Part shown: positions 23,401 through 34,580 of the stretch, piece by piece
Position numbering within the stretch: the first letter of the stretch is position 1
Layout of the letters: each line of letters starts with the position of its first letter
Origin: Antedon mediterranea
Lineage: Eukaryota > Animalia > Echinodermata
Direction of reading: 5' to 3'
DNA length: 64,000 nt
Assembly: GCF_964355755.1 (NCBI RefSeq)
Contig: NC_092670.1
Location: forward strand, 22,430,795 to 22,494,794
Notes under the pieces: generated by a model
What the model was told of the DNA's origin: nothing
The model's input: the letters and a program-made list of their open reading frames with translations, nothing else
The model's database searches: none
Translations under genes and position numbers: made by a program

Positions 23401-26400
23401 CTTGGGGGTCAAGATGATGGCAGCGTCGTTATCTGGGATGTGAAGGCTAAACAGTCAATATGTGGTTCTCAAGCAGCCCTGAAAAGTGCTGGCATGACAT
23501 ATTGTGTAGCATATTCCAACTCTAATGATAACATCTTTGTAACTGGAGGAAAGTAAGTATTACCATAATATAATAATTTCAAAGTTTAACTTATGAATAT
23601 GTATGATAGTTGAACCAAATTTAGGCAGAAAGAAAGAAAGATAGCCATGCTACCGGGCCCATACATCTTTTAAGGAGTAAGAAATATATAATGTGAATTA
23701 GTGAAATTTTGATTGGCAACGACCTAGGAAAAGTTTATGTCATGTATCTTTAATTTATTGTGCTCGTAATGTACAGGGGCATTGGAACATGCTTCCACCA
23801 CTCTATTCCTCAATATAGTTGTGCTGTTTAGGTCAGATACAATAAATGCATATCGATTCGTCATCAACTGTCAAGTTCTCTATTACTGAAATGTTGAATA
23901 AAATGTCCTTTTGTACCATAGACAACTAATTCTCTGTACGGCATAATTGTTCCAGTAACATAGGACAATTATGTATCATACTGTATGTATTATTACAAGT
24001 GGTGTCTGGCCTATGATTCATGCAGGTGTCATATGGGATAAATACTCTATGTGACGCTGTATTATAGAATTTGCCTATGATACAGGCAATCGGCTATCAC
24101 AGATTGAATACCGTAAAAAGCCAAAGTTTACAGTAGTACTCGGGTTATTATAATAGTTTCTGTTACATTTATTACAGTCGTACTCTGCGTGTATGGGAGC
24201 TAGACAGAGGAAACCGTAAGATTCGGCCAACAGACTGTACTATGGGACAGTTGAAGCGGGTTGTAACAAGCATTGAGGTAAATGATATTAACATTTTCTT
24301 TAAACATTTAAGTTATATTTTAGCCATATGCCAACTTAAAATTAGGTGGAATATTATTTATGTTTATATTAATAAATGTATTTTAAATATATTTTCTTTT
24401 TTAATAAAAAAAATGTAGGTATCAGAAAAAGATGAGTTTTTCTACTGTGGAACAACTAGCGGTGACGTATTAAAGGTTAGCGTAGAAAAACAACTATTCC
24501 GGCACTACGGACCAGCAAAAAACAAATACAGTAAAGGAATCACCGCATTGGCTCTTGTTAAAACAGACGAAATGCTGGTCGGGGCTGGTGATGGAACGGT
24601 GGCACTGATCAAAGGAGATACTTTTAAGAAAGTGAAAAGTGTCAAAATCGGCGATGCTGGAGCTATCACATCGATTGCGCTGCGTGGCAATGGGCATCAG
24701 GTATGTAAAAGTAAAGCTCTGTCTACACTGGACATGATGATGTCATATCACTACCATATTTGGGCACATCACACTTTTTTTGTCAAACTAATTTGATAGT
24801 ATAGACAGAGCTTTAAAAATGTGCACTGCATTTGCATAGAATTGTGCCATGTTATTAATGGAGAACTTGACAGAAATAACCTAACTTACAAACAAATATG
24901 TAATATTACTCTTCAACAGTAAAAAAGAATTAATTATTTTATTATTAATTTATGGACATCCATAGCCAAACAATTGAGCCAGTGTTATTTATAATTCTTT
25001 TTTCTGAGAAGCTATTTTTTCACACTGCAATAATGTTTTTAGGTACTGAGTAGTAACACAATAAGAAATCTTGAATTTTTTTTTATCTTCAAAAATTACT
25101 ACAGTCAACTCTCCCAATACCGGACTCTCCCAAAACCGGAATTCACGGAAAACCGGACTTTTTTGGATGGCCCAATTTGTCCCTATTCTAAATGTACTGT
25201 AATTTATTATGAAAACCGGAATACCCAATTCCGGAATCCGGACAAATTATGAAGGCCAAAACACGAAAATTAGCTTCTGAAAACCGGACTGGCAGTTAAA
25301 AAACTCCAAATATTTACGAAATAACAACGTAACATCGTCGTCGCTGACTCAGATTCAATACATTCACAACGTACAAAAGCTTTTAACCACACCCTGACCA
25401 TGCATGAAGTGCGCGACGTTTCGCGGTACGATCAAATAATGTTGCCATGGAACGCTACACTGTGATTGACAGGTCAGTTCATTGTTAACCCACGAGGCGG
25501 CAATTGCTTTGTTGCGTATCGAACTGCGGTGGGCTTTCTCACATCGAAGCGCTATGTCTTAATGTCTATTGTTTTTAGCAGTTGTTAAAACAACTCCCTG
25601 GTTTTTAGCATATGAATTGTTTTTAATAAAGTTCAATTTACATTTCACTTTGTGTCTTTGTTTTGTTTAAGTTATTGTTAAATTCACAATTGCAATAAGA
25701 CTTTAAAAGTTTAACTAAAAATGTGCATCATTATAAATTTGGAAATCATCATGGCAAAACGTAAACGAAATGAACTTGACTTAACTACGAAAATTAGATT
25801 GATAGCAGATGTAGAAGGTGGAATGAAAGTAATGGAAGCAACGAAAAAGTATGGGCTTGGAAAATCAACGATCTATGACATTATGAAAGCTAAGGATAAA
25901 TATCGGAGCAAGAAGGAAGTCAGCAAAGGTACAAAATTCAGAGTGATCAAAACTAAGTTTTCGGACATCGACCAGCTTATGTTAGTTTGGTTTAGAACTG
26001 CTAGGGACAAACATATCCCCATTAGTGGACCCTTAATAAAGGCAAAGGCAGAGCAATTTGCAGAGGAATTGAACATTGTGGACTTCAAAGCATCTGATGG
26101 ATGGTTAACCAAATGGAAAAGGAGACATGACATAAAACAATTGGTTATCTGCGGAGAAAGAGGGGATGTTAATCAGGAAGTTGTAACACAGTGGAAAGAA
26201 CAGATTTCCGAACTGTGCGTTGGTTATGAACCAAAGGACATTTTTAACTGTGATGAAACTGGTCTGTTTTTCCGTGCATTACCGGACAGGACACTAGCTG
26301 AAAAGCATGATGACGTTAAAGGAGTGAAATCTTCTAAAGAAAGATTAACAGTGATGTTCACATGCAGTATGACTGGTGAAAAGGTACGTTTTTCGTTTTA

Positions 26401-29400
26401 TTTTTAATCATTTATTTTGTCTATCCACATCACATCATGCAATCAGTCATGTGCGCATCGTTTATGCGTTTTTTTTTTCTTTATTGTTTTTCATGTAAAT
26501 TTTAGAGCCATGTTATTTATTTTTTGTACATCATAAGATTTTGTTATTTTCGTCTGTCTTATGTCCATACGAAACCTTTGAAAACAGCAGCACCATCTGT
26601 TTTTAAATATCTTAAATAAAAAGCATCACTAAAAAGATCTCGTTTCCTCTTCAAATTCAAATTTTGTTTTTTCTGTATTTTTTAATCATGTTCGTTATTT
26701 ATTTTTTCAGCTTAAACCAATGATTATCGGACGTGCTGAAAACCCAAGATGCTTTAAAACCATAAAGAAAGATCGACTTCCCGTAGTGTGGAAAGCTAAC
26801 AGAAAAGCCTGGATGACTGGTGCGTTGTTTGATGATTATTTGACGGACTTAAACAATCAAATGAGGTTTCAGGGTAGAAATATTTTATTATTTCTTGATA
26901 ACGCCTCCTCTCATGTTGGATTAGAGAAGAGCAACATCAAGCTTGCGTTCCTACCACCAAACACAACGTCTGTTTTACAACCACTTGACCAAGGAATAAT
27001 TAAAGCGTTTAAAAGTCGCTACAGAGCAAAGTTGTTGCGGAGTGTTTTAGCGAAAGTTGATGATGCACAATCAGCAAGCGACATCACAAAACAAACTAAC
27101 GTTCTAGATGCAGTAAACTGGACAGCAACATCATGGAGAGAGACATCAGAAACTACAATAATTAAATGCTTTAACCGTTGTGGATTTAACTGTTTGAACA
27201 ATACCCAGATTGACGACAATAATGTAGACATGGTGGAAGGAGAGATTCGAGAATTGGTTAGAGAGATAGACACCAATTTAGACGTAGAAACATACATAAA
27301 CATTGATAATTTAATTCCGGTTGAAGAAATTAGCGATGAATGGGAACATGAACTAATCAGGATCTATAATGGTGACAAGGAACCAGTGATTGCTGATGAT
27401 GAACCAGAAGGCGAAGAGGATGAAAACACTGATGATTTTAGAACTTTATCTTTTAGCGAAATGTTATCTATGATTGGTCAAATTAGGCACGGTGTTCGTT
27501 CAAAGGCACATCATTTTGAAATTATTGATCAACAACTTCAGGAATTAACGGAAATTATGGAGAAAGAAATTTTAATTAAACGCAGAAACTCCAAACAGGC
27601 GTCTTTAGATGATTGGTTTAAAATCTGATAAAATGTAAATGTCTGCCATAATTTGTTAATTTTAAATTTAGTGTTAATAAACTTTGAAATGTTACCAATT
27701 AATTATTGTGTCATTATTGCTTGGCTCGTTTACCTAATCAATTTTCATCATTGCTATCAAATTACGTCAAAATAAAGGAGCTTAAAAAACATGTGGTCTA
27801 GGTGTGGGCGTTTTTATTTGATTATGACACCGCTGCACATGCGCATCAATCAAATCTACGCTCTCCTATTTTTTTTATCAAACATGCTGCATGCTGCTGC
27901 TGCTGCTAGAGCTAGCTCGCGAACGAAAAACAATAAACAGACCGAAATTATGTTCACCGTACGTACGTAGGCCTAGGCCTATTTGCCGTTAAAAACACAT
28001 TGAGAAACAATAATTTACTACTGTAACATGTTTTATGGGTACATAATGTAACTTTTAAAAAAGGTAAATTAAATTAGCTTAATATTAATAAAGTAGGCCT
28101 AGGCCTATCAGTATTTATTTAATTCAAACTACAGTAGCTTGACACAATCATAGCCTAGGCCTCCCCTACGCTAGACCGCGTACCGGGCAGCATTCGGACC
28201 GGTGATTCAAGCATTTTCAGTGACAACGTGATAACTTCAAAAATATGTTTTCAGGAAACCGGAATTTCGAAAAACCGGAAAATATATGCCCGCCCAAGGG
28301 TGTCCGGTATTGGGAGAGTTGACTGTATTTTCTTATTTCTAGTTTTTTGTTGGAACAGAAAACGCACAGACATACCGCTTCAATTTCGCAGAGTTCACAT
28401 ATAATCTCATTTCCACATGTCACTCAGACCCAGTCAACGACATTGTTTTTCCTTTGTAAGTATTATAAATTTGTTTTTCTGATTATCTCTGATTGGTTAC
28501 GCAATTTTTCACTTTGCAAAAAGTAGAAACTGTTTCTTCGCTGAAGTGGAAAACTCAAATAACTAGAATTCGTCGCTGAAATGAATTTGAAAGATGTAAT
28601 TATGAATATGCATCATGCTTACTTTTGAATCACACAAAGGAATGTTTTATCTATATTTTTTCTAAAAAAGTGTAAATATCTGTTCTATTTTGCTAATGTG
28701 TGGAAAATAAATGATACAAACAAACAAACCAGGTGCGTTTTAGTTATGTTTTTAACTTATTATGTAAGAAGATAAATTGTAGATATAAATTCATGCAGAA
28801 TTGTTACCTCTCAGATGTTATGACGTCATTTTATGGCCACACAAATGTAAAATATAGGATTTTTGTTTCTTTCATTATTGCTCATCACATTCAACTGAGC
28901 GCATCTCGCTTATACGTATTCTATTTTCCCCAAGATTTTAATATTGTCTATGTCAATCAACTATCTTTCGCATGAATTAAAAATATTTTAATTTTTATGA
29001 CGTCATTATGTCTAAAATGTAAATAACGTGGGTCACTTATTTTCAGTAATTTTAAAATGCAAAAAAATCAATTTCTAATCAACTTTCTACGCGTTTCATG
29101 TTATTTTAAGCATTTCAAAAATTCCCATGAAAAAAACATCTTTTTTTGCGTGTTTTTTGTTTTTCCAGCCTTTTCTAGTAATTGTATCAACAACACAATT
29201 TCAATTTAAAATCATGTCGTACGAGCATGTCGAATTGCACAATTCGCTCACGTTTTTGATGAAAAATGTTAAAATTATGCCCTTTTTTAAACAGTCATAG
29301 ATTCTAAACTACATGGTGAACTTTTATAAATTGCATATTTTGGAAGTTGATGAGGTCAATATGACTAACTGGACATTGTGACGTCATCGTATGGCCATTC

Positions 29401-32400
29401 GAATATAAAATAGAGGATTTTGTCCCTTTCGTCATAGCTCATCACATTTAATAGAGCACTATTCTGCACTGTATGTAGTACGTATGCAGTATATAGCGTA
29501 CAGTATACTGTATTGCTTAGACGTGACACAAAATAAAGAGCACACTAAAATTGTTTCAATGACATAATCGTTTTTCTGTGCGCAATATTCTAACGTATTA
29601 CGTGCACGTGGCGTTTGCGCTGCGGATAACCTAACTCGTCCGTAGTGACGAGTTCAAATCTAGTTTATATTTTAATGATGTTAAATTTTGTTATCAACAG
29701 TGGTTCTTCAGATTTATTTGCTACATGCTCGGAGAATGATATTCGTGTTTGGCACGGTAGTAAAGAGATGCTACGCATTTCTGTACCTAATATCACGTGC
29801 CACGCCATTGATTTCATGCGAGATGGCAGATCCATAATTAGTGGTATGTACCATTTATCGTTGTAACTGTAGGCCAATTGATTTGACTTAGTCTTGAATT
29901 ATAATGAATATACGCTGTATATTTATTGTAAATATGTTTTATTTAGCATGGAATGATGGAAAAATCCGAGCTTTCCTACCAGAATCTGGTCGCCTACATT
30001 ACTGCATAGAAGACGCCCACAATAAGGGTGTGACTGCAATTGCGGCAACATCCGATTGTAAACGTATTGTGAGTGGTGGTGGAGAGGGTCAGGTCAGAGT
30101 TTGGATGGTTGGCTCTAAATCACAGAAAATGGTGGACGCGATGAAAGAACACAAAGGGAGCGTATCATGTATCAAAGTACACAAGAATGATACAGAGTGT
30201 ATCAGTGCCAGTACTGACGGAACCTGCATCATCTGGGATTTGATGTAAGATATTTTTAACAATATAAGCCTTGTTCACACACTGTGTTTTAGCATACAGA
30301 TATATATTAAAACTGTACAGTCAATTCTCCCAATACCGGACACCTTTGGGCTGGCCAAATATGTCTGGTTTTCTGGAAAGTCTGGTATTCAGAATGTCTT
30401 TTAATGGTAAAAATGAATTTGGAACTGTTTGGACTTCAAGAAAAGACTAGTGTTGAGAGAGTTTCTGGTTTTCAGAGAATCTGGTATTGGAAGAGTTGAA
30501 ACAGTCTGTACTGTTTTAAAGTAAAATTCTGATAAGCATTTTATTTAATCAGATCACCAATCATTAACATTTTAACGATAAGCTTTGCCATCTGCCTGAA
30601 CACCCTCCGTTTATCTTTCTGCAATTCATAATTTGACCTTGTTATCATCTGTGTATTCCAATACGCCATAGCTCCATTTGTCTGAACACTCACTACCTCA
30701 GCCTCCATTTCTCTTCCCTCCATTCCCTCCTGTTTTTTAACAGTATCTCGTGTTTATTTTTCTTCTCTAGCCGATTTGTACGCAACCAAGTAATATTTGC
30801 CAATACCTTATTCAAATGCGTTTTCTATCATCCTGGAGGAATGCAACTTATTACAAGTGGAACTGACAGAAAGGTATATTCGTTAAATTATTCTCAGTAA
30901 TTGACACATTCCTATTTCATAAGGAAAAGGGGCCTGAGAAAATGCCGAACTTGTTGAGCCTATCTTTTACATAATAATGTTCAATATTTTTGAAGGAACC
31001 AAGAAAGTCTGGGTCCTACTTGGATCCCCTATGGACCACCACACATCTATTGGCAGCACTTCAAATTTTAGTCCATTTTACCAAAGATTCTGAATTAGGA
31101 AGGAAAACATTACCTTTACCAAACCCTAAAGCTTGGTTCCAACTGGGACGTAATGCAAGGACGTAAACGCAAGCGTGTTGACCAATGACATCGCTTGTGA
31201 TTGGTCCGTTATGTCCTTGTGTTGCATCTCTAGTGGAAACCAAGCATTATTAGTGATTTATCTGGTCATGTTATTTTGGTATTTTGTGCATTCAGATTGC
31301 GTACTGGGGATGCATTGATGGTGCTCAGATTCGAGAAGTAGAAGGATCAAAATCTGGGTCAATCAATGGTATGGATATCGCAAGTGATGGGAAGTACTTT
31401 GTAACTGGTAGTAAGGATAGACTGATAAAGGTAAGATTAATCCTGACCTTTAACCCCTATTCATGTTCTGTCTATTTGTACATTGGATTTCGATCCAAGT
31501 CGGCCCTAAACCGTCTCGGCCAAAGTCAAGTCGGCCCCAAGTCAAGTCGGCCCCAAGTCAACTCGGCCTCAAGTCAACTCGGCCTCAAGTCAACTCGGCC
31601 TCACGTCAACTCGGCCAAAAAATAATCGGTCAACTCGGCCCCGTTAAAGTATGGAACGCAAAAAGTGCAAATGAAGGGGATTGATAAAATAATATTTCTT
31701 CACAATTTTTTAACTATGAATAATTCTGACTTTTAAATGAATATTAATATTTAGACAATAATATATTTAGCAAAAAAAAATAGGAATGATTTCACCAACT
31801 TTTCTTTATTTAAGTTTAATAAAATTTTAAAATGCACAATTGAAAACAATTCGTAGCTACGCCTCCCTGCGCCTTTGGCAGCTTTTTCGATATCTACAAC
31901 TGCTACGTGTTTTCGCTGACCGGGAAATTCTCCTTTTTTAAAAACGCAAATCATGGACAAAAACGATATGTACGATCATTTTTTCTATGGCCAAATGGTG
32001 GAACGTAGGCCTCCGTCTTTGATTTACTAAAATGCGGTACCTGCACGTGTTTTTGTAACATGCGGGTACTTCTATTCATATCGGCAATGAGTTCATTTTT
32101 TTATATGATATTATTTAATTATATTATATTTTTTATTTCTTCATTTTTTGTAAAGCGTGGATAGTATAAGAATCATAATAATATTAAGCACTTTTTGCGT
32201 TCCATACTTTATTGTGGCCGAGTTGACCGATTATTTTTTGGCCGAGTTGACGTGAGGCCGAGTTGACTTGAGGCCGAGTTGACTTGGGGCCGACTTGACG
32301 TGGGGCCGACTTGACTTTGGCCGAGGCGGTTTGGGGCCGACTTGACCTGCACCCGTACATTGCTATTCTTTCCTTGAGCATAATTTTGGAGAACACAACA

Positions 32401-34580
32401 AATACAGATTTCAATAAATTGTTTAAAAAAATGATAAATAAACTAGATTTGAACTTGTCACTTTGACGAGCTTGTTATCCGCACGACAAACACCACATGC
32501 ACGTCATACGTTGGAATTTTGAACACAGAAAAATATTATGGCATTATGACCTGAACTGAAGAATATGATATGTTGTTAGTGCTGAATTCTGTCAATTTTG
32601 TGTCGCATAATATTATTGTATCAAAACTAAGAGTGACAGAGGCCTGATAGGTCTCTGGATAAGTTGTTTACCACAATTTAGCGCGTAGTTAAACTACACG
32701 CACAGTAAAATAACCAATCAGAACTTAGTCTTATTTGGCCTGCTACATTATAGCAATAGGTAGGAAATAAATGATTTTGGCTATACCAAATTCTGTTACA
32801 GTATATGCATGTATAAACAGTATCTGTATATATATTACATACAGTGTAAAATAGGTGAAATTACGGGACCCGCCATTTATTCCAATTTTTAACATGGCGA
32901 CGGTATTAAAATGAAAAACTAAGATAGCAATTTCGGAAGGAAATTATCTCAGCAACAACATATTAATGGGTAGAAGAAGTTTTAATACGTAAAATATAGA
33001 TGCGCGCTCTTTTAAATGTGATGAAGCAAAAGATGAAAATATGACTTTTTATATTCAACTGACCATATGATGACGTCACAACATCTGATTGGCAAAATGG
33101 TCACATAAATTTGTATCTACAATCCAATAGCTTCCAGAAAACGTTTTAATCACTTTTTATTCTGATGAGCTATAACAGACTGAAATTTACTGTAAAGATG
33201 AAAATAAGTGACCCACGTTATTTACATTTTTAGACATGATGACGTCATAAAAATTAAAATATTTTTTAACTCATGCGAAAGATAGTTCATTGACCTAGAA
33301 AATATCAAAATCGGGGTGAAAATAGAATAAGTTGAGATGCGCACTATTAAATGTGATTAGCCATGACGAAAGATAAAAAAATCCTATATTTTATGTCCGT
33401 TTAGCCATATTGATGCATGATCGGATATCTTCAACTCATCAACTTCCAGAGTATGCAATAAAAATAACTTTCACCGTTTAGTTTAGAAACTACGACTGTT
33501 TAAAAAAGGTATAATTTTTACAAATTTTGACGAATTTTTGAACTTTTTCATCAAAAACGCACTTAAATTATCCAATTCGACATGCCCGTATGACGTAATT
33601 TTAAGACGAAATTTTTCAAAAGTTAGTAAAATTAATAGAAAAGGCTGGAAGAACATAAATCAACGCTGTGTGCGTACCGCGCGTGGGAATTTTTACATGC
33701 TCAAACTAACATGAAAAGTGTAGAAAGTTGATTAGAAATTGATTTTTCGCATTCTATAAATATTAAACGCGTTGGCGCGCGTAAGTTTTTGTGAAACATG
33801 CAAATTTTTTTCCACAGTCAATTAACGCAAGATATAAATTAAACTTTTGTTAAGTTTCAATTTAAATTGTTATATGGTTTTCGATCTATTATATGTTAAA
33901 TACGCGAAATTTGTAAAACCTTGTGTAAGTCATGTTGCGCAACTCTGACGTCACAATAGGAGGTGCACAACTTCACATGAATGCCCATATGTTGACAAAG
34001 TTATGAAATGTTAAGTTTACACGTTTTAGAGATAAGCTCTGCACAAAAATGACAGAAAGAAAGAAGAATACAGAAAAAAAAAGATGATGAAACAGGACAG
34101 TTAACTACTAAGCGGATAACTAATAAATTAATAACATTCTATTACTAAATAAGTATTTCAAATTATTTGAAATTTAAAAATGTCGTTTTGTTGTACAATA
34201 GTACCAAGTTGTTCCATGTTAAACTCTGCCTACACTATCAAACTTTATGGGAAAAAATGTGATGTGCCCATATATGGACTTGATGATGTTATATCACTAT
34301 CATATTAAAGCATATCACTACCATATTTGTGCACCTCACATTTGTCAAACTAGTTTGATAGTGTAGACAGCGCTTTACGTACTACTTGAAATGGGATGAG
34401 TTATGACTGTGCATTTTCTTTTTGATTGTATAGGTATGGGATTATAAAGAAGCAGAAGTCACTCATGTTGGAATTGGTCACAGTGGATTCATCAACCGGC
34501 TTAAAATATGCCCCAATCAGAAAATCATTGTGAGCGTTAGCGATGATGGCGCTATTCTCTGTTGGGATTACCCGTTTTAA
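7551..34580 (+). CDS. CFAP52: Cilia- and flagella-associated protein 52 (WDR16); exons 7551-7614, 22963-23162, 23287-23552, 24178-24277, 24419-24700, 28343-28455, 29701-29843, 29947-30244, 30771-30873, 31296-31430, 34434-34580
   Basis: MAGDGESDVQMLELKSIIGFNG|KVFAGLKVHPDRQHIIYPLG...ASGQVTHMGFK|ADLIIW...LSLGGQDDGSVVIW...; WD40 repeats through VSVSDDGAILCWDYPF*; all introns GT-AG and in phase. Confidence 0.93.
7980..10590. repeat. 132-bp satellite, about 20 copies, with a 663-bp (5-unit) higher-order duplication
   Basis: Unit GACACTTCCAATTAGCGACCGTTATATTATTTTGTATGAG...GTACTGGTCCTCTTCCAATTAAAGATCACTTTACTTTAA; diagnostic variants (GAAGCATAAA; ACAATTAGAA) recur 663 bp apart. Confidence 0.95.
11328..11436. 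repeat. Inverted repeat with ~43-bp perfect arms around a (TA)n core, followed by a second (TA)n tract
   Basis: CAGTAACAAGTGTACATTATTGTAAATATAACAAATACATATA ... TATATGTATTTGTTATATTTACAATAATGTACACTTGTTACTG. Confidence 0.85.
11548..11619 (+). tRNA. tRNA-Asp(ATC)-like sequence, copy 1 (degenerate anticodon stem; likely pseudo-tRNA or repeat-derived)
   Basis: 72 nt; acceptor GCCCCAG/TTGGGGC plus G; A box TGGTCTAATGG; T arm CCGAG-TTCGAGC-CTCGG; followed by TTTTT. Confidence 0.55.
11814..11885 (+). tRNA. tRNA-Asp(ATC)-like sequence, copy 2 (complete cloverleaf, atypical anticodon)
   Basis: 72 nt; acceptor GCCCCAG/TTGGGGC; D arm GTC...GAC; anticodon stem TCTGC/GCAGG with loop ATATCAA; T arm CCGAG-TTCGAGT-CTCGG; discriminator G; TTTT terminator. 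Confidence 0.6.
13113..18323 (-). CDS. Ginger1/GIN-type DDE integrase-transposase, 643 aa; exons 18323-18076, 15429-15230, 14596-13113; ends in a partial OTU domain
   Basis: N-terminal Y..YP..LYY motif; H2C2 finger (IHKQAHGGHLGVNKT|WKKIRERYYW..CDQC); D (GMDIVGP), D (ITDQGREF), 35 residues, E (TERFNRTL); GPY motif (RWTGPY); OTU Cys loop (RGDGNCLFRALS); two in-phase GT-AG introns; no RT or RNase H. Confidence 0.88.
13455..13690 (-). repeat. Coding minisatellite in the Ginger linker (about 5-6 degenerate DNIPTSKNxDITPDDH units)
   Basis: Repeated TTCTTGGATGTAGGTATGTTA and TCATCCGGTGTGATATCA blocks. Confidence 0.8.
15812..15833. mobile_element. Mini-palindrome with a 7-bp TSD (probable P-type excision footprint)
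   Basis: attgtac|CAGGGAGATTTACATCTCCCTG|attgtac. Confidence 0.65.
16170..16910. repeat. Degenerate repeat built of GAGAGGTGGTCGCTTAC-like units; related to 19850-20840
   Basis: Many GAGGTGGTC units; the block GACGTGGATAGATGGATAGCTA...CACATGATTTAGACA is shared with about 20635-20700 and inverted at about 20000-20110. Confidence 0.7.
18549..18978 (-). mobile_element. Solo LTR (430 bp)
   Basis: TG...CA termini (minus strand TGTAATAA...GTTCGTGACA); flanks GTGGA/GTGGC (5-bp TSD, 1 mismatch); minus-strand TATA GTATATAAAGGG (18802-18791) followed by ATTAAA (18673-18668). Confidence 0.65.
19850..20840. repeat. Foldback-like degenerate element with long internal inverted arms
   Basis: About 19900-20110 is the reverse complement of about 20630-20830; the centre is made of GACCACCTCTC/GAGAGGTGGTC units. 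Confidence 0.65.
22216..22538. mobile_element. Small MITE with an 8-bp TSD (MULE-like)
   Basis: ttcctcac flanks both ends (22208-22215, 22539-22546); subterminal inverted repeat GATCACTCCGGCCGC/GCGGCCGGAGTGATC. Confidence 0.7.
25102..28325 (+). mobile_element. Full-length Tigger/pogo DNA transposon in CFAP52 intron 5
   Basis: Perfect 24-bp TIR CAGTCAACTCTCCCAATACCGGAC at both ends; TA TSD (25100-25101, 28326-28327); intact transposase inside. Confidence 0.95.
25751..27628 (+). CDS. Tigger/pogo transposase, 516 aa; exons 25751-26383 and 26711-27628
   Basis: CENP-B-type HTH domains (FKASDGWLTKWKRRH); triad NCDETG / FLDNASSH / QPLDQG (DD29D); phase-0 GT-AG intron (TGEK|LKPMIIG); C-terminal PIP-box-like KQASLDDWF. 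Confidence 0.93.
28790..29663 (+). mobile_element. Helentron/Helitron-type non-autonomous element, partial copy (5' boundary approximate)
   Basis: 3' end GCGGATAAC..ACTCGTC-CGTAGT-GACGAGT..CTAG-TTT (hairpin plus CTAG); body similar to 61341-64000. Confidence 0.7.
30318..30508. mobile_element. Degenerate MITE of the same Tigger TIR family
   Basis: TA-CAGTCAATTCTCCCAATACCGGACACC at left; decayed TCTGGTATTGGAAGAGTTGA at right. Confidence 0.75.
31129..31245. mobile_element. Short MITE (second copy at about 35449-35571)
   Basis: GCTTGGTTCCAACTGGGACG...GCATCTCTAGTGGAAACCAAGC inverted ends; internal GACCAAT/ATTGGTC. Confidence 0.6.
31486..32354. mobile_element. MULE-like MITE with ~180-bp inverted ends containing 16-bp tandem units
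   Basis: 8-bp TSD gtacattg (31478-31485, 32355-32362); units CAAGTCAACTCGGCCT on the left and their reverse complement on the right. Confidence 0.8.
32443..34120 (-). mobile_element. Helentron/Helitron-type non-autonomous element, reverse copy
   Basis: Reverse complement of the 61341-62981 family; CTAG...GTCACTTTGAC...TTATCCGC at 32443 and GCGGATAAC at 34112-34120. Confidence 0.75.

Noticed and set aside
25873-27303. Antisense ORFs (25873-26133, 27019-27303)
   Set aside because: Shadows of the Tigger transposase on the opposite strand.
31463-32414. Ser/Arg/Pro/Gln-rich ORFs
   Set aside because: Translations of the 16-bp subterminal repeats of a MITE.
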